Source of the DNA: Mizuhopecten yessoensis
Taxonomy: Eukaryota
Assembly: GCF_002113885.1 (NCBI RefSeq)
Contig: NW_018408919.1
Span: forward strand, 2,400,278-2,464,142
Direction of reading: 5' to 3'
DNA length: 63,865 nt
Shown: one piece after another, positions 53,853 to 63,865 of the stretch
Layout of the letters: each line of letters opens with the position of its first letter
Numbering within the stretch: position 1 is the stretch's first letter
Made by a program: the position numbers and the translations under genes
The notes under the pieces: model-generated
What the model was told of the DNA's origin: nothing
What the model saw: the letters and a program-made list of their open reading frames with translations, nothing else
Database searches by the model: none

Positions 53853-53926
53853 GGTTTAGGTTAAGGTTTAGGTTAAGGTTTAGGTTAAGGTTTAGGTTAA
53901 GGTGTAGGTTTAGGTTTAGGTTTAGG
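53853..53926. repeat. Telomere-like hexamer array (GGTTTA/GGTTAA)n
   Basis: Read directly; alternating 12-bp higher-order unit, then a pure GGTTTA run. Confidence 0.93.
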
Positions 53927-54959
53927 CCCGTGCACACAATTATTTGATAATGCCGTATTTATGAAGAATTTCCGATATCACACTACGTTGCAAGCACGGT
54001 CGTTTTAGTGAGTATTGATGTCGATCATCCAATTACAAAATGTAAATATTGTGAATAGCTAATGTTATATTCCTAATGATATTCCAGTCGATATTGAAAT
54101 AACTGAACACTATAAAAAGACAGACTCAAAATATCAATACCTTGTCAAAAATTCATTATATACAGATTGCAGTTATGAAATAGTTATTTCATCCCGTTTG
54201 AAATCAAATGTTGCTCGTAATGACATACGCCCTTATCCCATTATTTTTACACAAAAAAAACCCAGATATTGCTGGACATGACATATAATAGTCATATTGT
54301 GATAATAAAATAGCTAATACAGTGTAATATATGCATGTTTCGGTTATCAAACTTCACTGTAAATAATTAATTATTCTATTGAATAAAACACTTTGTAATC
54401 ACTATCTCCTCATTTATATTCCACATAGTTTTCTACTAAAATAAAAAGGAATGCTTAGCTTTTCATAAAATGATCTTTACATGGCTACATAACCATTATG
54501 CAAGAGTGTCACCCCCAAACAAATCAAATCTTTGATTGTGCGCATGCCATTCAAATTCGGTGAATTTGTGATTGATCTCGGCCGGGACACGGGCCCGTAT
54601 TCATTATTTTATGTTTATGCTCAAACACCGATTCGATGCTCAAGTCCAATTTCCTTTGCCGTTAATAAATCAATAAACAAAATAAACAAAATTTCTAGAG
54701 ATCGAAAGTCGTACTCCATTTCAAAGTTTTCATTTGACTTTTTGACCGACCACATAATTTAAGCAAGTTGCAGGCAATTTATTCAGAAAATAATGAAGAT
54801 ACCAAATACTGAATAAATCACCTATTGGTATATCACAAAAGGAATATGGATTTCCTGTTTTCTTTTCTGACTTACAGCCGACTGTTATAGTTGCTAAGGA
54901 ATTTATTTGGTGGCTATGGAACATGATCGGCTATGATAGATAAATTAAGTACAATTGGA

Positions 54960-55422
54960 CCATGGATATTAGCTCACAAATTTATTTAAAACAGCTATCT
55001 ATATCTTATAGCAAAACATGCAAGTAACTGTTAACTACATGAACATGAACAAACAAAATTGAATTCCATCAATGGATTTATTGTGGTAATATGTGCCAAA
55101 ATATGCCAAAAAATAGCTAATGTTTACAGCTCTGTTGCTAGGTAACGACTGTTCTAATTTTAAAGGAAAACACATTTTTATGAATGTCATATATTCATGA
55201 TGATATGATATGAAGATTTAGAAGTTCCTGGTTTGGGCCAATTTTGGCCCTTATCGCCCCTACTCCTTTGAGCACAGAATCCATACTTGAGCATGATAAC
55301 GGTGTCGTGAAAACGGGCTCTGATTTATTTGGAAGAGAATTCACAGATTTAAACTCCAGCTTGAAAAGATAATCAAGCACAGCATCTGGTGGTACTGGAC
55401 TGGAATACTGCTACCATCTTGT
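54960..55422 (-). mobile_element. Degenerate Helentron/HINE-like fragment
   Basis: Ends in ccatcttgtt (aacaagatgg on the minus strand); internal tttgggccaattttggccc and gttgctaggtaac motifs as in bivalve HINE-type repeats. Boundaries approximate. Confidence 0.35.
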
Positions 55423-57407
55423 TCCTTCGGCGTATTTTTGTGCGCCTCATTTTAATCATAAATAATCAATACATTGTTTACTTTGGAATACATTTTATTT
55501 GAGCAGGTGGACACTTTTTTTGTATCATGTCTGACAGTGTTTTTCTTCTCTTAGTCATTTTATTATATAGATGTTTTTATTAGATATTTTACTTCGGAAT
55601 ACACATACAATTATATGCGTATCCTTCTATTTCCAAAAACTAGTACAGTTTTGTTATTTTATTAAATTGTCTTTATTGACATTTACACCATAGGTAACTG
55701 ATATATATATATATATAAACTTGACAATTCATATTTATGGACATAAAAAAAGAAAGTTTAAACCAAAATTGAACTAGAAAAGACTATTTGAGAGTCGTTT
55801 TTATTTACAAAACGGGGAAAATGTGATTTGTGTCGAACTTTCGTCATCACCACCTGTCGGCGTCTTCAAATAATTTAATCGAGTCATAAGTCCTTCTCTT
55901 GGTTAACTGTCGTTTAACTATATTGACAATCATCGTCACTTCATCACCTGCTTTTAAATCCAATGTGTTTAATGTGTTCACGCTTTTAGCAGCCCGGAGC
56001 TGTAATCTTGGATGCGTTCACACCAAATGAAATGCAAAGATGTTACGCTTCATGCAACGATGAACGCTATATATGTATACTGATTCTATTAAACTTACAT
56101 GAATAATTAATTAAAAGTTCATTCATTAAGAATCAGTGATCCGTTATGTTTTTGTATTAAATGATTATCTAAACATTGTTTTATTTCATTTTAAACTTAA
56201 TCTTTTTAAAAATATCAATGACTTGCAACAGAGTCCTTTTAGTAGAAAAAGAGCTTTGTATAAGTTGTTCAACCTGTGTCAAATATCATTGATAATTAAA
56301 ATAGGCTATCAAATATGTTTGAATTAAAAATCCTTTAAGCTTACAGTCCATTTTTCTGTTAACAGTGTGTACAACTTCATTACAGATATGTTCTAAATAA
56401 AAAAAAAATGCAGGTTATCGAATTTGAATCTCAAATACTTTTTTCAAAGTTGTTTTAATGGAATAGTAGGGCTCTAGTTATTTAGCTTAGTAAACAACAT
56501 TTTAATTGAAAAAAATAGATATACCACACATAAATAATTAATAATCTATTTATTACATTTGCAAAAGACACACGTGCTACTGAATGATAGAAACCAGGTC
56601 AATGGCGCGACAACAGACGTTCCGCCGGGCCATTTTGATATGACGTCACAGCAAGCAATTATGACTTATTATTTTATTTCATACGAATTCAGTTCTCTAA
56701 TCGGTCAGTTAATATTATGAAATATATTTTACTTAAGGATTGCATCTTGCTTTGGTTGATTTCATGGGGTGGTGAATTGAGTTGGTCTTGAACAAATTTA
56801 ATATGTTGAATTTGTTTCAAGACCAATTCAATTCATCACCCAATGAAATCGACCAAAGCAAGATTCAATCCTTATATTTCAATCAACGTGTTTGTTTTCA
56901 ATCATTGGAACTTGTGAAGTCCATTCTGATCGTTCCAGGTTCTGGAGCTTGTGCAAGTCTACGTATTAACGTAATGTTAAAAATATAGTCCGTCATTGAA
57001 GGATCACCATACAACATGATGATGTACGCTGATAGTTCAATACAGCCAAATTATGTAGAAACAAAACACAAAACCATATTTTAAATGTCATATTTAAATA
57101 TTGTTGATGAAATCAAAAGATATCTTTGCTGGTGCGTCAATAATGTCTAGACGCGGTGCACAGGCTCAGCTGCGAGTCTATGCGGCCATCTTTTTACTAG
57201 CGCGAAGTGGAGAGCCGCTAAATTTCGAGGTTCTACATCTTCTAGAATGTGAAGCTTCAGTAATTGAATGTCGAATAAGACAGGAAACCAGACGTGGCTT
57301 GAAAGGAAGAAACATTTAATATGACATTTGGCTGTTCGACTGTATTTCATAGAAGACGGAACCAAATGGATCTACCACAGGCTAGGGGTTCGTTAAAAAT
57401 GTCTGAA

Positions 57408-57510
57408 ATACACATATGCCTTTACTTATATGGGTCACAGCACACATAAACATACATTTATACACATATGCTATACTAATATGGGTCACAGCACACGTAA
57501 ACATACATGT
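57408..57510. repeat. ~51-bp tandem duplication
   Basis: atacacatatgc...tatgggtcacagcacacRtaaacatacat occurs twice. Confidence 0.85.
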
Positions 57511-59309
57511 ATATGTGCTGTGACACCTATCAGTTATAGCATGTGTAATTCAGACATTTGTAACGAACCCCTGTGGATTTACGTTGTTTTCGATTTGTAC
57601 CGGGGGTTGATAGAATGGGTAGCTGGAGGGAGAATTTCTAGGGCAGTACATGACTTGTCACTACCGCTAGCAAGTTCTTGTGTAGCTTCAAAAACAGTTA
57701 AATCTCATCAAGTGGTACATCGTTTTTGTTTAAACATGTCAATAGTTTTCTCCCTTCGCAAAATCATACGCACAGGCAACGATAATCTGGTCAAATTCAT
57801 CGGCAAATGAAACGGGTTACATTTGGTAGTTGCATTGAGTCCAACTTGAGTATGAATTGAAATATATAACAATGGTTTGTGTTATGGGTTTTAAATGTTT
57901 ACGGTATTGTTATAAATGTATGCATCTGTGCATATAATAGGAATTTAGATGCAGATATACAAGCAAATTATCAAACTGGTATACAAACAAACAAACAATG
58001 ATTTATAAAAGAGGATAGTTATTCAAATTTGTTAATGAAGAGGGACAAACAAACATAAATATACATAAAGTGTCAAGAAGTTTACGGACAGAAAAAAAAG
58101 AAGACAGCAACAGGAACTTAAGAGACACCGAAACAAAAGGAAAGACAACATGAGCAAACAAAAAAAACTTAAGGTCGAACCAGGGCCCATATTCATGGAA
58201 CCGTTCTAATTGTCAAACATGGCATATGTGCTCAAGCATTGTTTCTTGTAACGCACTTAAATCATGTCGCACCATTAAAAAGTGTTAAGACAGAAAGCAG
58301 TATTCTGCTTTGATCTCTCCAAAAATTCTTCCAAGTTTTCGAAACAGGATGCATATTTATTTCCAGGGGAAGAGAAATTGGGCTTGAACACAGAATCACA
58401 GTTTGAACGTAAGAACGGTTTCGTGAATATGGATCTAGACGTTCCGGATAGATAAGCGTTTCCCGTGCCGCATGTATCAATCACCCTTCATGAGTTTCTC
58501 GCAAAACACGGGAATTTGTGCTGTCTGCTATTATCAACATTATCTCGATGACTTTGCTAGTGTACTTTTAGAGATTGATTTAGGCGCTATCTTTATACTG
58601 GGATTAATCAAGAACAAATTTCTATTCTAATGCTATATTGTTCATTAAATCAGCACGCCATTGGAGTGGAACCCGTAAAATTTAGTGGTTTTCCGTGTCG
58701 ATGTTGACAAAGCTTAACTAATGTCCGTCCGGGATAAGTGGGAGACTGTTGCACCGTCAGGTAATGTGTACTGACAAACGAATCGGAAGAAAGTACTGTC
58801 AGCTTAATGAATAGAACAGGACCGAAAATGCTCTGGGCTAAAGTTTACAAAATATCTAAAAATGGCAGAGTTCTTTTAAATACGATAATTGATGTTGATT
58901 TAGTTGAAACCTGATAGACGCATTTTGTCCTAAATTTCTAAATTTTAGCTTTTATCTTGGATTTGAAATCACGTTTAACTTATGTTAAGGTGACAAAACA
59001 GTGTGGTACGTTGGTCTTAATACCAAACAATCAATCTATCAATCAAATATATTCTATTTCAGCGTCACGCATCATAATTTACATAAAATCAATTTTGAAA
59101 TGTTCTTAACAATCACACAAACTTTAAGGTCATACATCATACAAACCAACTATAAGCCTTTAATTGTTGTACTTAAAAAAGAAGCCGAAATGTGCACGAT
59201 AATACATTGATAGAAAAAAAATCCTTTTCCCCTAGCCCTTCTTTCTCCGGCTCCTAAATAAGGCCGACGTTCAGTTGGTAAAGTTTGAAACTCGGAAAGC
59301 TGGGGGCGG

Positions 59310-59435
59310 TACTGTGAAATCAGATATTTTCGTGTGGTGCAATTTTCGTGGGTTGACCAAGAAACACATTTTTTCGTGTACACACGAAATCAACGAAATT
59401 TGAAAAAGAAAAAAAGAAAAAACACGAACACAGTA
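59310..59435. mobile_element. Shorter copy of the same TACTGT MITE family, opposite orientation
   Basis: tactgtgaaatcagatattttcg is the near-exact reverse complement of 7532-7554; the copy ends cacagta. Confidence 0.65.
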
Positions 59436-60624
59436 TCTGAGAATTCCACTCAGTTTTTTTGCTTGTATAGCAGTGCGATCGGGGGCCCAAACGTCTATAA
59501 AGTCAAGTGAAGGGGCCATACGAAACTCGGACAGATAGATACAAACAATGGTGGGGAATGTTAAATTTTCCCACGATTTTACTTTGAATGATAACGACTG
59601 ATCACTGACCAATATTGTCAGTTTGTTCCAAAACAAACCCATGTTTGACCCATAAACCCTTTCACCTGGTTTAACACCGCTGCCAAGGCAATATCTTTAA
59701 CGTAAAACCGTTCCTTAAGGTCGGACTCGGCAGAATCGTGACTCGGAACGTATCATCAATTGGTAATAAGACCACCAGTCATAAAACATTGTTAACTGTA
59801 ACTTAAAAGCGTCTTACCAGTCAGGTGACACACTTTTAATTACAGGTAAGTATTCAAAGTTCCGATTAATTTCGTTAAAGTAGAACTGGAGTGAACATTA
59901 GAATGTCTTAAAGAAAGGGCTTAAAATCGCCCAATTAAGACGATCGGTGTATTACATTATGCTTGTATAAAGACGTAATCCTGATATTGTCTATTTTTAT
60001 CATTTAAACGTCTGTCTGGTTTTTGGATGCATGTATGTTTATATTATAATTTAAGTTTTAATCATGATTTTCGCCTTATTTTATGGTTTGCAGTTTACAA
60101 CAAGACACAGGGGATGGCTGTGTTTATATTGTTTAATTATATATTTAGGCGATTATTTTAACATCTTTTCAATATTTTGCAATAAAATCCACACAAATAG
60201 TTTGACACAGTAACCTGATACATTTTGACTATTTTAAAACATTTCTCGCTCCATGTATTTTTCCTCAATTCCCCTATTCTCTTCCATACCGCGGTGTCAT
60301 CCCGAGGTAAACCGTCTTCATATGACCATGACTGTTTCGAGGACGTTAAACCACATATAAATTAATAAATAAATAAATAAATCACAAATGAGTAAAAACA
60401 CTAGTAAATAAACAAGTGTTTTGCACCAGCCACAATTCCTTTCTGTGACAGCAATGTTTCGTTATAAAATCGATAGCCAACTTAATAATAATATTATACA
60501 GCATTTGATATAGCGTCCTGTTTAGCTAACATAAGCCACTCTAAAGCGCTGTAGTTAGTTGCATTCTCTCTAATAAAATGAATATTATCGCACGTGTATT
60601 TCAGATATGAATTTCAATCATTAT

Positions 60625-60668
60625 CAACAACAACAACAACAACAACACGACAATAACAACAACAACAA
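60625..60668. repeat. (CAA)n microsatellite
   Basis: Read directly. Confidence 0.92.
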
Positions 60669-61964
60669 ATTTTCATAAAATAATTCTGTTTCAATTTTGG
60701 TAATCTAACAAGGCTTCCCTATTAGTATTATCAACCAGGGTCCCTGGGCTATATATATATTTACTCCATTTATCTGTCCACCCCGGACCCTCGGGCTCTA
60801 GAGCTACCCATTCTACTGGCCACCCCTGTAACTTTTGATAATGATATAATGGCGATTCCCTCTGTCTGTAAATCCAGGCTTTAGACTATCCACACATACC
60901 TATAAAGTCCCGCCTATTACGAATCTGTGTTGGTACATAAGTGTCAATCCCTTTGTACCTAATAGTGCATTGTTTGTATAAATAGCAATAAAGACTTAGA
61001 CAACGCCAAATCCGGCTATTGTTGACGTCATACAACCGCAAGATGCATTACGTCACGAGGCGTAAAATCCAATCATCAAGTAAATGTGGTGAAATTAAAG
61101 AAATCAGCTTAATGGCCGCCCGCTTCTGTGTCCGAGGATCAAGGAACGTTATATGGGCACCGGTCAATGCTCACCATTATTGTAGCTAATAAGAAAACGT
61201 AATGAGGTCTACCTCAGAAATGGTTAACCTTTATTCAGTTACCGCGTCCTCCGTTGAAGTTCGTTCTTAATGGCGCACCTGCTTCAGGAGTGTCTTAGAT
61301 TAATACTTGGTGCTATGGTGCCAGTCTATTCAACATTTCAATAAGCCCACCCGTAGCTTTATCGTGAAACACACATGTTACATGTTCCTATCGTAATTAA
61401 ATGTAAATGAGGTTTGGAAAGGACCAGCGTTCATTTTGCTGTTGTAAATACAGTAACATTTGTAATGAAACGATATATCGATTTAGCCCATTCATTATTT
61501 TCAAAATAACTTGATTCTCTTTGAAGAAATTAATGATGACATAGATTGGACCCTTTTAGCAAAATGTTCTTCGCCACAGTTTGACTCTACCAATCTTGCT
61601 CTAAAGTCGTTAGTACCAATTACACCAAGAGCAAATTAGCTTGCTGTTCTTCATGTTGGAGCTTAATCAAACTGTTGATTTTCATATCATTGAGGTTTTT
61701 TAATGAACCTCTCCTTCTGTTTCAAAAGTAGTTTAAACCAGTTTGGATTTTCACATGTTGGGCCCCTAGCATCACCGATGAATCATAGAAGGACGAATCA
61801 GCTGTTTGGTACAATGTAATTTTGGCGTACTGTATATATTACCAACTTTTGAAGGTGTAATCCCATGTGTGTGTCTGATGTTCATCTTTTAGACGTTATA
61901 AAATGCTAACTTATCATTAAAGTGTATTTTGAATATGCATGTACTTGTATTGTTTGTGCAAGTG

Positions 61965-62385
61965 GTTTATTTTGGTTTCATTTTGTTTGACGTCCTATCG
62001 ACAGCTAAGGTCTTTTAATGATTTTCCTCAATGTGTTTTGTGTATGCATGCTTAATCGCGCGTGTGTGTAGGAGGCAGGGTATGCTGGTGTAGATGCCTT
62101 TTTGTGGAAGCGCGGATCTGATGCCGAATTTATAGTGCTATCTCACTGAAATACCATACCGAAGGCACCCAGAATAACATTCCGCCCGGTCACATAAAAC
62201 TGACAACGGATGAACAAGTTGTTGTCGTTCCCCTATAAATCATAACGTTACATTTTAAGCAGAAAATAATAACTAACATTTTGAAGGACCTTTAATTTGT
62301 ATGTCCCTGCCTGCGGACAGAACATATTGCCTTCCCCACCTTGGTAAATGCTCAACACTATAGTAAAAAGTGAGTTATAATTAAA
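61965..62385 (-). mobile_element. Second copy of the Meta-type SINE
   Basis: agcgcggatctgatgccgaatttatagtgctatctcactgaaatacca is the reverse complement of the 13262-13310 core. Confidence 0.75.
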
Positions 62386-63865
62386 ATCATGTCAACGTTA
62401 GTTAGTATATATATACTTTTCAAAATGGCGGCAAATGGCCGCCATTTTCCTGCTGTGTGTAAATGGTCTATGAAATAGCATGTATCAGAATTTAAGGTCA
62501 CACCATATATTCTTAAATAAATGGCTCAATCTGATCGTTAGTCTAGTGCCTTGTAGCAATAATAATGTTTTATCAAGTGTCCTGTATGTGTGTTTTGTCG
62601 GTCTATGTTACTCTTTTTCAAACACCTGACACACCCATAGTCAAAATTACCCATTAGGTTAAGAGTACCGCCGACTCCAGCCCCCGTCGTTATATATAGG
62701 AAACGACGTACTGGCATAAAGTACGTACCCGGGGTGTTGTGACCTTACAGCCCTCGTGTACCAATAAACCGGTAGGTGGCACTCTACATAAAAATATTAT
62801 ACCGGTAGGTGGCGCGATATATATTATGTTTGTACACAACACCCACCTGGTCCACATCGACAGTTTGTCATCAATCTACTGTGACGAGTTATTGACTCAC
62901 CACATCGCCATGTTGTTAATATGATACCCATCTCTTAAAGTAGCCTATTGTTCGAAATTAATAAAAAGTTTCCTCAACTATTTTGCCTCGGTGATTCGGG
63001 TAGGTCCGCGATCCGCTTCGTGGTTAAGAACCCAATAGGATGGCCGAAGTTTATGGGTACGTGTGTCATCTCCGGTCTTGAAATCCTGAAAGCAATTTCC
63101 TCTGGTTACATACGTAATTTAACACGTATTGTTTTGAAGGAGATTGAGAGTGTTAAACAGTCAGGTTGTTATAGATGTTGATATGACCGCAGATGAAGGA
63201 AATGGAACACCACGGATTAAACAGCGGGGCGGCACCGGTGTAAATTAATCCGGAGTGTAGAATAATAAAAATATGATCCCGCATTTATTAATGTTTTTTT
63301 ATTCATTCCCCTTCCTGTAGCGATTTGTTGTAACAAATACCTTTTATCTACAGCAAAACAGAGATGACTTTTAACCACATTTAAAAGGCAATGTAATTTA
63401 TTCAATATGTCAACGGTGAGTGCCAGAGCTCGTGCGCGATATATTTCATAAAAGGAACTGAAAGTGCCAGTAGTCAAACTGGACCAAGGTAGCCAACTAC
63501 GATAAAAAAAACTCAAATATATCTAATTTTTGATATATTTTTTTCGTTAGCTTAAATAGGTTTTACGAGTAATTAAACGTTGTCTGTCAAGAGCAAGAGA
63601 GCGAAATAATGACACGACCAAACAGGTTACTGATGTAATTAGCATATCAAGTTAAATGTAATACAAACAAGGAAAGATCGTTTCTATTATAAACACTTAA
63701 TTTCATAATTAATTCGAGAACAAAATGTTCCAAGGGAAATTCGTTATCTATTCGAAATCATAACGTCACGCTTTAAAATTATAAATGATTTCTTTCAAAA
63801 AAAATAATGGGCGAATTAATTTCAATGTTCTATGCTACTTTTTATTTCAAAAGAAATCAAAGTGG

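Noticed and set aside
55134-55146. RFX X-box-like gttgctaggtaac
   Set aside because: Sits in a probable HINE-like repeat fragment; no promoter evidence.
37539-63516. Numerous 60-135 aa ORFs in the upstream region
   Set aside because: Low-complexity AT-rich translations without domains or consistent splice phases; expected by chance.

Overview
AT-rich, intron-containing animal genomic DNA with one 146-N assembly gap. The repeat content (Meta-type tRNA SINEs, Helentron/HINE-like elements, TACTGT-ended MITEs, a Crypton-like element) points to a bivalve mollusc, possibly a scallop; that is inference. The one clear host gene is a minus-strand protocadherin of about 1105 aa. A 2.76-kb exon (34725-37483) encodes the signal peptide, 7 cadherin repeats, the transmembrane helix and a KKVSF motif. 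It splices across a ~10-kb intron to three small cytoplasmic exons (24473-24634, 23629-23776, 21718-22058) whose phases all match. About 26 kb upstream of it has no credible ORF. Other content: a Crypton/DUF3504-type tyrosine-recombinase element (4887-6705) with perfect 16-bp inverted repeats, a terminal double hairpin and a frameshifted catalytic Tyr; three short, unrelated elements with the same hairpin-IR-body-IR layout; an internally deleted RTE-like LINE with a ~66-bp flanking duplication; a decayed THAP/Cys-cluster transposon remnant in the long intron; a 727-bp tandem duplication; and a candidate small secreted peptide precursor exon at 318-522. No prokaryote-type system (CRISPR, operon, rRNA) is visible.
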